IMG/VR virus record: IMGVR_UViG_3300025168_000060 | DNA from: an uncultured virus (IMG/VR IMGVR_UViG_3300025168_000060) | Taxonomy: Duplodnaviria; Heunggongvirae; Uroviricota; Caudoviricetes | Strand: one strand, 5' to 3' | DNA length: 64,000 nucleotides | Shown: positions 49,891 to 58,651 of the stretch, one piece after another | How the letters are laid out: each line of letters begins with the position of its first letter | Position numbering within the stretch: position 1 is the stretch's first letter | Notes under the pieces: generated by a model | What the model was told of the DNA's origin: nothing | Databases searched by the model: none | The model's input: the letters and a program-made list of their open reading frames with translations, nothing else | Made by a program: the position numbers and the translations under genes

Positions 49891-50955
49891 ATGTTTAAAA
49901 AACTGACTTCATTCCTGATTGTAGTATCAGGCATGATTTTATTATCTACAACTACACAAGCAAAAGACCCTAAAATTGGTTTCATCTACATTGGTCCTCC
50001 AGGCGACCACGGCTGGACTTATATGCACGACCAAGGTAGACAAGACATTGAAATTGAATTAGGTTTTGAAACCACATACATTGAAAACGTACCAGAAAAC
50101 GCTGATGCTACTAGAGCAATACAAAAATTAGCAGCTTCTGGACACGATTTAATCTTTACAACATCTTTCAATTACATGGATCAAACTTTAGAAGTGGCAG
50201 AACAATACCCAGATATAAAGTTTGAACATGCAACTGGTTACAAAAGACTAGACAATGTTTCAACATATTCATCAAGGTTCTATGAAGGTAGAACTATTAG
50301 TGGACATATTGCCGCTAAAGAAAGTAAGACAGGCATTATAGGTTATATTGCCAGTTTTCCAATACCTGAAGTTGTAAGAGGTATTAACGCTTTCATGTTG
50401 GCTGCACAAAAGGTAAATCCAGATATTCAAATTAAGATTATATGGGCATACACTTGGTACGACCCGGCAAAAGAGGGTGATAGTGCAAAAACTTTAATCA
50501 ATCAAGGTGCAGATATTATAGTACAACATACTGATACATATGCACCATGTAGAGTGGCACAGGAGATGGGTGTGAAAGCATTTGGTCAAGCAAGTGACCA
50601 ATATAAGTTTTGTCCAGAGGCACATCTAACCGCAATCATTGATGAGTGGGGACCCTACTATGTTGCAAGAGCGAAAGCATTAGCAGATGGTACATGGGAA
50701 TCTACTGATACATGGAAAGGTTTAGATAGTGGCATGGTACAAATGGCAAAATACACCAATATGCATCCAAATACAAAGTATGAGGCGATTGCCATAGAGA
50801 ATGCTTTGAGTGAAGGTAAAATGCATTCCTTTGAAGGACCTATTTACAATCAGGCAGGCGAACTAATGGTACCAGAAGGTGAAGTTGCACCTGACGGTAT
50901 GTTACTAGGCATGAACTGGTACGTAAAAGGTATAGACGGACAACTACCACAATAA
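49891..50955 (+). CDS. BMP/PnrA-family ABC transporter periplasmic binding protein (purine/nucleoside-binding type)
   Basis: Signal peptide; IGFIYIGPPGDHGWTYMHDQGR, DLIFTTSFNYM, FEHATGYK, FPIPEVVRGINAF, WYDPAKE, GADII.QHTD. Confidence 0.9.
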   Translation: MFKKLTSFLIVVSGMILLSTTTQAKDPKIGFIYIGPPGDHGWTYMHDQGRQDIEIELGFETTYIENVPENADATRAIQKLAASGHDLIFTTSFNYMDQTLEVAEQYPDIKFEHATGYKRLDNVSTYSSRFYEGRTISGHIAAKESKTGIIGYIASFPIPEVVRGINAFMLAAQKVNPDIQIKIIWAYTWYDPAKEGDSAKTLINQGADIIVQHTDTYAPCRVAQEMGVKAFGQASDQYKFCPEAHLTAIIDEWGPYYVARAKALADGTWESTDTWKGLDSGMVQMAKYTNMHPNTKYEAIAIENALSEGKMHSFEGPIYNQAGELMVPEGEVAPDGMLLGMNWYVKGIDGQLPQ

Positions 50956-50962
50956 TTAACAA

Positions 50963-50990
50963 AAGGCGCCTTCACGGCGCCTTATAAATA
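50963..50990 (+). promoter_or_regulatory. Hairpin fused to a late promoter 5 nt before the gp3 ATG
   Basis: AAGGCGCC-TTCAC-GGCGCCTT overlapping TATAAATA(50983-50990)-GTAGT-ATG. Confidence 0.7.
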
Positions 50991-50995
50991 GTAGT

Positions 50996-51571
50996 ATGAC
51001 AGATTTAAGTTTATCAGAAAAACAACCTACTACTTTAGATTACGCTGACCCTACGAAATTTAAGTTTCAGATAATCAAATTACCTACTGTAGAGTACAAT
51101 ACCACAGCGGCAAACGTGCCTGGTATTACATTAACAGAAATGACCCAACCTACAAGACTACAGCAATTAAAGATTGCAGGTAATGATATAAGCTTTGATG
51201 ATTTAACAGTTACATTTATTGTAGATGATGAACTCATTAATTATAGAAAAGTACATGACTGGATGGTAGGTCTAGGTCAAGTAGATAGTGATAACAAGTT
51301 TAGAGATATATTAACAGAAGGAAAAGATAGATTTCCTTTATCTCAATTACATGCAACAAAAGGTAGCACACCTGATGGTGCAGTATATTCAGACGCTAAA
51401 CTTATACATTTGTCAAACAGAAACGTACCTAAAGTAGAGGTAAGTTTTGTAGATTGTTACCCTAAATCATTAAGTGCTTTAGACTACAATCAAGGTGCAA
51501 CTGATACAGAATACTTACAAGCGACAGTAACCTTTGGTTACAAGTATCACAGTTTCACTACGCCTTTTTAA
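50996..51571 (+). CDS. gp3: Tail completion/tube terminator gp3
   Basis: P..FKF.I.KLP, ANVPGITL, FDDLTVTFIVDDELINY..VHDW; position between gp23 and uvsY. Confidence 0.88.
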   Translation: MTDLSLSEKQPTTLDYADPTKFKFQIIKLPTVEYNTTAANVPGITLTEMTQPTRLQQLKIAGNDISFDDLTVTFIVDDELINYRKVHDWMVGLGQVDSDNKFRDILTEGKDRFPLSQLHATKGSTPDGAVYSDAKLIHLSNRNVPKVEVSFVDCYPKSLSALDYNQGATDTEYLQATVTFGYKYHSFTTPF

Positions 51572-51599
51572 GACGTATATATATTATTAGGATTAAATT

Positions 51600-52028
51600 A
51601 TGAACTTAGACGAACTACAGCAGGCTGCTGAAAAAGATTTGAAGATTGACGATACTGAACTTGACATAGAAAGTTTAAATACACCAATCATACACGCCAA
51701 GTACCTCAAACATTACTCTACCTATAGTCTCATGCTGACAAAAGCACAGAGTGAATATTCTTCTTTGTATAAAAGAAAGTGGGTATTCTATACAGGTAAA
51801 GCAGACCCAGAGGAATATAAAGAGAAAAACTTTGAACTTAAAGTATTACGACAAGACGTAGGCACTTTTATAGAAGCAGACGAAGAAATTGTTAAACAAC
51901 AACAAAAAGTTTCTTATTTAAAAATTGTATGCCATTATTTAGAGAACACATTGAAACAAGTCAACAACAGAGGTTTTCAAATAAAGAACGCCATTGACTG
52001 GAAAAGATTTACGGAAGGAAGTATGTAA
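51600..52028 (+). CDS. uvsY: Recombination mediator UvsY
   Basis: DLKIDDTELDIESL.TP..HAKYL, YTGKA, RGFQIKNAIDW. Confidence 0.93.
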   Translation: MNLDELQQAAEKDLKIDDTELDIESLNTPIIHAKYLKHYSTYSLMLTKAQSEYSSLYKRKWVFYTGKADPEEYKEKNFELKVLRQDVGTFIEADEEIVKQQQKVSYLKIVCHYLENTLKQVNNRGFQIKNAIDWKRFTEGSM

Positions 52029-52849
52029 TGATATTTTGTATAGGTAACGGCGAAAGCAGAAAGAACTTTGATTTAGAAACACTACGACCATACGGTAAGA
52101 TATATGGTTGTAACGGACTGTATAGAGATTTTACACCTGACATATTACTGGCAATGGACTATAACATATGCCACGAAATATATCGTAGTGGTTATGCCTT
52201 TGACCATCCTGTTTATTTAAAAACATGGCAAAAGAATCCACATTCCATGTATGAAAAACTATTTCATCCTGAAACCGCGGCAAAATTTATTGGTCAAAAC
52301 ATAGACCCATATGAATATACTGATGAGTGGGCATGGCGTGGCGAGAAGAAAAGATTTTTTGTTTGTTGGGCAAACAATAGAGACTTAATGAAAAAAATGA
52401 GAGAAGAACGAAAAGACTGGAACGAAGATGATTTTAAGTTATATCTCAGCGAAGACCAAGAAGGTTATCTCATTACATGGACAAAGAAAAAAGATAAAGT
52501 AATGGGTTTAGGTAAGTATGCGGTGGAGAAAACAAATGCAGGTATATTAATTGCACAGATGGCAGCAGATAAAGATAAACTCATTTATCTACTAGGTTAT
52601 GATTATCACTCTAAAGACAAAACAGTAAACAATATGTACAAGGGTACAAAAGGTTATGTAGGTACAAATGCAAAAGCAATAGTACCAGATAACTGGATAA
52701 TGCACACAAAGAGATTACTTAATCACTATGACAAAGACCACAAATTTGTCCATGTTGGTGATCCTATAGAAGAATTAGCAGACAAAAAGAACTGGGAAAA
52801 TATCTCTTACGAAGAACTTAATGAGCGAATTAGCCGTAACGAAATTTAA
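52028..52849 (+). CDS. Hypothetical Rossmann-like protein (sialyltransferase/Maf-like motifs)
   Basis: FCIGNGESR, IYGCNGLYRDFTPD.L...D, IYLLGYD. Confidence 0.55.
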   Translation: MIFCIGNGESRKNFDLETLRPYGKIYGCNGLYRDFTPDILLAMDYNICHEIYRSGYAFDHPVYLKTWQKNPHSMYEKLFHPETAAKFIGQNIDPYEYTDEWAWRGEKKRFFVCWANNRDLMKKMREERKDWNEDDFKLYLSEDQEGYLITWTKKKDKVMGLGKYAVEKTNAGILIAQMAADKDKLIYLLGYDYHSKDKTVNNMYKGTKGYVGTNAKAIVPDNWIMHTKRLLNHYDKDHKFVHVGDPIEELADKKNWENISYEELNERISRNEI

Positions 52850-54290
52850 CGAAGCGTACATTAAGTGTACAAGTGAAGATTTAGGACTCTTACAGTCTCT
52901 ATCTGACTTCTTTACGTTTCCTGTACCAGGTGCCAGTTTTATGCCATCAGTACGAGCCAAAAGATGGGACGGCAAAGTACGTCTTTTTTCAAAGGCGACA
53001 GGAAAAATTTATGCTGGACTGTTACCTTACATACAGCATTTTTGCAAGGAAAACAGCCATACAATCATACTAGACGAGTCCTTAACCATTGGTGATGGCG
53101 TTCCTACCAATGATGTTTCCAAGTTTATTGACAAATTATCATTGAAAGACATAGAGATAAGAGATTATCAATTAAATGCGGTGACCCATGCATTGAACAA
53201 TAAAAAGACAATACTCTTGTCACCTACTGCCTCAGGTAAGTCATTAATCATTTATTGTATTATAAGAATGATGAAAGTTTTAGGTCACAGGTGTTTATTG
53301 ATTGTGCCTACCACATCTTTGGTAGAACAAATGTACAAAGACTTTATTGATTATGGTTGGGACGCTGAGAAGTATGTACAACGAAAGTATTATGGTTATG
53401 AGATTGATGATAGCAAACCTATTGTTGTTTCTACATGGCAATCACTGGCGACCTTTGATAAGAAATACTTTGACCAATTTGGTTGTGTCATAGGTGATGA
53501 AGCACATTTATTTAAGTCTAAAGAGTTACAGAAAATATTAGGTGCTTTAATAAACGCTAAATATAGAATAGGTACCACTGGTACTTTAGATGATAGTAAG
53601 ACACACAAGCTTGTACTTGAAGGTCTATTTGGCACCGTACATCATGTTACGACAACACGAGAGCTGATAGACAGGAAACAACTTGCTGACCTAAAAATAC
53701 AATGTATTGTGTTGAAGTATCCTAAAGAGGATTGTATTCAAGTCAAAGGTCTAAAGTACCAGGAAGAAATGGATTTTATAGTTTCACATGAAAAGAGAAA
53801 CAAGTTTATTCGTAACTTAGTACGAAAACAAACTGGTAATACTTTGGTATTATTTCAGTATGTAGAAAAACATGGTAAGATATTACATCAAATGATTGGT
53901 GATACTATTGACCCACAAACACGAAAACTCTTTTTTGTTTATGGTGGTACAGATACAAAAGATAGAGAAACAGTCAGGAGTATAACAGAAAATGAGACCA
54001 ATGCTATTATCGTTGCAAGCTACGGTACGTTCAGTACCGGTATTAACATCCGCAATTTACATAACATTGTTTTTGCTAGTCCTTCTAAATCTAAAATTCG
54101 CAATCTCCAGTCTATTGGTAGGGGTCTTCGTCTTGGTGGTAATAAAGACGTTGCTACGTTGTATGATATATCTGATGATTTTACCTATAAGAGTTATAAG
54201 AACTTTACTATGAACCATTTCCTAGAAAGGATAAATATCTATAGTGAGCAAGAGTTTGACTATGAAATATTTAATGTGGACCTTATATGA
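52821..54290 (+). CDS. uvsW: DNA helicase UvsW
   Basis: WDGKVRLF, RDYQ, SPTASGKS, GDEAH, GTTGT, STGINIRNLHN, LQSIGRGLR. Confidence 0.96.
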   Translation: MSELAVTKFNEAYIKCTSEDLGLLQSLSDFFTFPVPGASFMPSVRAKRWDGKVRLFSKATGKIYAGLLPYIQHFCKENSHTIILDESLTIGDGVPTNDVSKFIDKLSLKDIEIRDYQLNAVTHALNNKKTILLSPTASGKSLIIYCIIRMMKVLGHRCLLIVPTTSLVEQMYKDFIDYGWDAEKYVQRKYYGYEIDDSKPIVVSTWQSLATFDKKYFDQFGCVIGDEAHLFKSKELQKILGALINAKYRIGTTGTLDDSKTHKLVLEGLFGTVHHVTTTRELIDRKQLADLKIQCIVLKYPKEDCIQVKGLKYQEEMDFIVSHEKRNKFIRNLVRKQTGNTLVLFQYVEKHGKILHQMIGDTIDPQTRKLFFVYGGTDTKDRETVRSITENETNAIIVASYGTFSTGINIRNLHNIVFASPSKSKIRNLQSIGRGLRLGGNKDVATLYDISDDFTYKSYKNFTMNHFLERINIYSEQEFDYEIFNVDLI

Positions 54291-54748
54291 CAGATAGAAA
54301 AGAAATAAAAACAAAGACAGTTACAATACCTACACCTAGAATGTTAAAATTATCAACAGGTGAACAGGTTATCTGTATCATGTATGTACAGGAAGGTAGT
54401 GATTTTATTCGCTTATCTGACCCTTATAAAATAGAATTACATAATTTTGATATGGATCCTACACAATACTATATGGAAGAAAGAATGTCAATGAAACCTT
54501 GGGTGTGGCAATCCAGTGATAAAATCTTTTCTATACATAAGAATAATATAATGACTATCGCCATGCCTAACGCAGAAATCAAAGATTACTATAATAATAT
54601 ACGTTTAGGGCATATAAAGATTCCTGCACAGGAAAAACTAAAACCCATGCCTAGTGAGGACGAGTTTAACAGATTACTTGATAAACTTGGTGATGAAGAC
54701 TACTTTGATGTCATTGAACATCTTAAAGGTAAGAAGACGGTACACTAA
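54287..54748 (+). CDS. Conserved hypothetical protein (Sm-like N-terminus)
   Basis: LKLSTGEQVI...MKPW; usual position between uvsW and gp55. Confidence 0.7.
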   Translation: MTDRKEIKTKTVTIPTPRMLKLSTGEQVICIMYVQEGSDFIRLSDPYKIELHNFDMDPTQYYMEERMSMKPWVWQSSDKIFSIHKNNIMTIAMPNAEIKDYYNNIRLGHIKIPAQEKLKPMPSEDEFNRLLDKLGDEDYFDVIEHLKGKKTVH

Positions 54749-54781
54749 GATATACCTGTATCTGAAGGAGGGACACCGCCC

Positions 54782-54810
54782 ATTATATACTAACCCACCA
54801 ATAAAGTCAA
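54782..54810 (-). promoter_or_regulatory. Orphan antisense sigma70 promoter
   Basis: TTGACT-N17-TATAAT on the minus strand with no minus-strand gene downstream. Confidence 0.7.
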
Positions 54811-54837
54811 GCCTTTTTTTAATTAACTTATTAAAGC

Positions 54838-54866
54838 TTTACTTTTTATCAAAAATGTGTTATAAT
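54838..54866 (+). promoter_or_regulatory. Sigma70 promoter for gp55
   Basis: TTTACT-N17-TATAAT with extended -10 TG. Confidence 0.8.
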
Positions 54867-54894
54867 ACATATAATTTAATAAAGGAAATTTATT

Positions 54895-55452
54895 ATGACT
54901 GAAACAGTAAAACTAAAAACACCTAAGAAAAAGGAACATTATGTTTCCAATAAGGAGTTTTTAGTTGCAATGAAAGAATTTAAAAAGAAGTGTTTAGCTG
55001 CAGAGAAAAGAGGAAGAAGGCAACCACCTATAAGTGATTACATAGGTGAATGTTTTTTAAAGATTGCCAATCATCTATCTTACAGACCAAACTTCATTAA
55101 CTACACATACAAAGAAGATATGATATCTGATGGTATAGAGAATTGCCTACAGTATGTATCAAACTTTGATCCAGAAAAAAGTAACAATCCTTTTGCTTAC
55201 TTTACACAAATTATATACTACGCTTTTATTCGTAGAATACAAAAAGAAAAGAAACAAACAACAATCAAACAGAAACTTATTCTTAAATCAGGACTAGATG
55301 AATTAGTTTTACAGGCCGGTGATGATGGTGATTATCAAAATCAATATGCGGACTTTCTAAAGAAGAACATGATTGAGACAGAACCAGAGAAACCAAAAGA
55401 GAAAAAGGTAAGAAAGAAAGAACCTAAGAAATTAGAATACTTTATGCAATGA
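54895..55452 (+). CDS. gp55: Late-transcription sigma factor gp55
   Basis: HYVSNKEFL, YIGECFLKIA..LS..PNF.NY, DMISDGIENCLQY, NPFAYFTQI. Confidence 0.96.
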   Translation: MTETVKLKTPKKKEHYVSNKEFLVAMKEFKKKCLAAEKRGRRQPPISDYIGECFLKIANHLSYRPNFINYTYKEDMISDGIENCLQYVSNFDPEKSNNPFAYFTQIIYYAFIRRIQKEKKQTTIKQKLILKSGLDELVLQAGDDGDYQNQYADFLKKNMIETEPEKPKEKKVRKKEPKKLEYFMQ

Positions 55453-56930
55453 CAGAAAAGATTATAATTGTAGGAGGTGGTAGTGCAGGCTGGATGTCAG
55501 CGGCAACACTTATCAAAGCCTTTCCTCACAAAGACATCACCGTAATAGAAAGTCCTAATACACCCACCGTAGGTGTAGGTGAAAGTACCATTGGTAGTAT
55601 TAATGATTGGTTATCTTTCTTAGAACTAGAAGATAAGGACTGGATGCCTCATGTAGGTGCTTCCTATAAATTAAGTATTAAGTTTACAGACTTTTATAAA
55701 AAAGGTGAAGAATTTCATTACCCATTTGGTTTACCTTATGAACCTTATATTTCTAATGATACACGAAACAAATGGTATTTAAAGAAACATTTACAGAATT
55801 GTAAAACATCTGACTATGCTGAATGTATGGCACCACAAATTGCCTTAGCGAATACAAACAAAATGGCAAAATCTTTTGATGGTTTTGATTATCACAAAGA
55901 CGCTGCTTATCATTTTGACGCTTTACTCTTTGCAAAATATCTAAAAGAGAATTATTGTTTACCAAGAGGTGTAAAACATATAAAAGAACATATAAACACC
56001 GTAGAAACAAATGAACATGGTATTATATCATTGAACGATAAACATACTGCCGACCTATACTTAGATTGCACAGGCTTTAAATCTTTGTTAATGAAAGAAG
56101 TAAATAGTAAGTTTATTCACATGAACCATATTTTACCAAATGATAGTGCATGGTCAACAAAATTAGAATATACAGATAAAGAAAAACAATTAGAACCATA
56201 TACAAATTGTACCGCTATAGAAAACGGTTGGGTATGGAATATACCTCAATGGCAAAAGATTGGTACTGGTTATGTTTATTCAAGTAAGTATATTGATGAT
56301 GACCAAGCGTTAGAAGACTTTCATAACTATTTGGGAAAACCAAAGAATGTAAATTATAAAAAAACAGGTATGAGAGTAGGTAGACATAAACATATGTGGA
56401 AAAAGAATGTATGCTCTATAGGACTGGCTGCAGGTTTTATTGAACCTTTAGAAAGTACAGGTCTCCTTCAAACACATGTATTTTTATTAAAACTTGTAAA
56501 GAATTTAGAACGAGGCAAAGTATCACAGTTTGATAAAGATACACACAATTTAGAATGTAATGATATATTTGATAACTTTGTTGCCTTTGTGGCGATGCAT
56601 TATTCTTTATCACATAGAGACGATACACAATATTGGCGTGATGTAAGAGAAAGAAGTATTGCGGAGTTAGAACTAGTGCAAAAAGTAATGAAAGTAAAAC
56701 ACATTGACCATTATTTTACAATAGATGGTGGTATGCATTATATTGCCACAGGTATGAATTATGATCCTATCTCTATGACAGATATATTAACAAAACAATA
56801 TGAACTAGACACAGATATAATAGATGAAAAATATGTGGCAACATTTGATACAAATAAGAATAGATGGAAAAATAATGCCAAAAAAGAACTTACATTATAT
56901 AAATTTTTAAAGGAGAATATACATGGGTAA
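55449..56930 (+). CDS. Flavin-dependent halogenase (tryptophan halogenase/PrnA family)
   Basis: VGGGSAGW, VGVGEST, ASYKLSIKF (catalytic Lys), AYHFDA, DCTGF, GWVWNIP (WxWxIP), FIEPLESTG. Confidence 0.92.
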   Translation: MTEKIIIVGGGSAGWMSAATLIKAFPHKDITVIESPNTPTVGVGESTIGSINDWLSFLELEDKDWMPHVGASYKLSIKFTDFYKKGEEFHYPFGLPYEPYISNDTRNKWYLKKHLQNCKTSDYAECMAPQIALANTNKMAKSFDGFDYHKDAAYHFDALLFAKYLKENYCLPRGVKHIKEHINTVETNEHGIISLNDKHTADLYLDCTGFKSLLMKEVNSKFIHMNHILPNDSAWSTKLEYTDKEKQLEPYTNCTAIENGWVWNIPQWQKIGTGYVYSSKYIDDDQALEDFHNYLGKPKNVNYKKTGMRVGRHKHMWKKNVCSIGLAAGFIEPLESTGLLQTHVFLLKLVKNLERGKVSQFDKDTHNLECNDIFDNFVAFVAMHYSLSHRDDTQYWRDVRERSIAELELVQKVMKVKHIDHYFTIDGGMHYIATGMNYDPISMTDILTKQYELDTDIIDEKYVATFDTNKNRWKNNAKKELTLYKFLKENIHG

Positions 56931-57969
56931 AATTGCCTTGATTAACGACACCCATTTAGGTTGTAGAAATGATAATCCTAATTACCATGAGTATATCTAC
57001 AAGTTTTGGGAAGAACAGTTTTTTCCTTATATAGAACAAAACAATATAGATACAATCATACATTTAGGTGACGTGTTAGATAGACGTAAGTATGTGAATT
57101 TTAAAACACTACAAGATTTCAATGAAAGAATAGTCAAAAGATTAAACGCCTATAATGTACATATCATTGTAGGTAACCATGACACCTATTATAAGAACAC
57201 AAACAATGTCAATGCACCACAAGAATTGTTAAGTCAATACCATGTGTATAGTCAACCAACAAAGGTGACAATAGATGATATGAACATGTTAATGATACCT
57301 TGGGTAACACCTGAGAACTATGATAAAACAAAGATGATGTTAGAACAAGAAAGTGCTGACATGGTACTAGGTCATTTAGAAATCAAAGGTTTTGAAATGC
57401 ACAATGGTCATGTGAGTGATACAGGTTTAGAACAATCATTATTCAGTAGATATGAAAAAGTATTATCTGGTCACTTTCACAAAAAGAGTGACAACGGCCA
57501 TATATACTATTTGGGTAGTCAATATGAAATGACTTGGTCAGATTATAATTGTCCTAAAAACTTTCATGTACTGGACACAGAAACAAGAGAAATAGAAGCC
57601 ATTCGTAACCCTTTGACTATTCATTCTAAAATATATTACAATGATGAAACAACAGACTATGCAAATTTTGATTATGATACATGCAACCATAAATATATTA
57701 AACTCATTGTAGAAAAGAAAACAGATTACTTTATGTTTGATAAGTTTGTTGATAACATATATCAAAACGCCAAACCTTATGACTTAAAGATAATAGAAGA
57801 CTATTCAGACTTAGACGCTACGAGTGTGGCAGACGATATAGTGGAACAAAGTGAAGATACCCCTACTTTACTGGACACCTATATAGAACAAACAGATACT
57901 ACCTTAGATAAAGGTAGATTAAAAAACTTGATGAAAAGTTTATACACGGAGGCATTTGATTATGAGTAA
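56923..57969 (+). CDS. gp47: Recombination endonuclease gp47 (Mre11/SbcD-like)
   Basis: DTHLG, HLGDVLDRRK, VGNHD, GHLE, SGHFH. Confidence 0.95.
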   Translation: MGKIALINDTHLGCRNDNPNYHEYIYKFWEEQFFPYIEQNNIDTIIHLGDVLDRRKYVNFKTLQDFNERIVKRLNAYNVHIIVGNHDTYYKNTNNVNAPQELLSQYHVYSQPTKVTIDDMNMLMIPWVTPENYDKTKMMLEQESADMVLGHLEIKGFEMHNGHVSDTGLEQSLFSRYEKVLSGHFHKKSDNGHIYYLGSQYEMTWSDYNCPKNFHVLDTETREIEAIRNPLTIHSKIYYNDETTDYANFDYDTCNHKYIKLIVEKKTDYFMFDKFVDNIYQNAKPYDLKIIEDYSDLDATSVADDIVEQSEDTPTLLDTYIEQTDTTLDKGRLKNLMKSLYTEAFDYE

Positions 57970-58651
57970 TGATTACCCAGACCACTTGTATTATAACAAT
58001 ACATACTTTTTTGGTCCTTATTTACATCATGGTAGAGTTGACCCTAAATTTATTAAAGACTTATTAGCCATAGGTGAGAAATCACAGGATATGGTTGATA
58101 TGAAAAAGAACTTAGCAGGTGATTTAAAAGGTGAGTGGAAGTTTAGTGAAGAAGACCAAAGATGGTTTTGTAAACACATGAGATTAAACTTTGAACATTA
58201 TGTGAAACAACGTGCCAGTTGGCATGCTGATTCAGAATTAGAAAAAAGAGGATATATTATAGATAACGTATGGATTAATTATCAACATCCAGGTGATTAT
58301 CAACCAGAGCATATACATGCAGGTGATTTTAGTTGGGTTATTTATTTACAGAATCCACCAGGACTAGAAGAAGAAAGAGATAACCACGATACACGAGGTC
58401 CTGCACCAGGTACAATTACCTTCTCTTATGGTGAGGGTGTTGGTATGTCAATTGAAAACTATGCTGTCATCAATCAAAACTTTGCCAATAAAGTAGGTGA
58501 CTTCTTTATATTTCCGGCACAATTAAGGCATTCTGTACCACAATTTAAGAGTGAGGGTGTGAGAATATCTATAAGTGGGAATGGTAGTTTCCAAGAAAAA
58601 CATAGTCCATATAATGATTACTTTTATGGAGAACAAAGAATAAACAATTAA
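57962..58651 (+). CDS. 2OG-Fe(II) oxygenase between gp47 and gp46
   Basis: VWINYQ..GDYQPEHIHAGDFSWVIYL, FIFPAQLRHSV, RISISGN. Confidence 0.85.
   Translation: MSNDYPDHLYYNNTYFFGPYLHHGRVDPKFIKDLLAIGEKSQDMVDMKKNLAGDLKGEWKFSEEDQRWFCKHMRLNFEHYVKQRASWHADSELEKRGYIIDNVWINYQHPGDYQPEHIHAGDFSWVIYLQNPPGLEEERDNHDTRGPAPGTITFSYGEGVGMSIENYAVINQNFANKVGDFFIFPAQLRHSVPQFKSEGVRISISGNGSFQEKHSPYNDYFYGEQRINN

Noticed and set aside
54654..54902. 82-aa plus-strand ORF spanning the gp55 promoter
   Set aside because: Overlaps a real gene and two promoters; no RBS or recognisable motif
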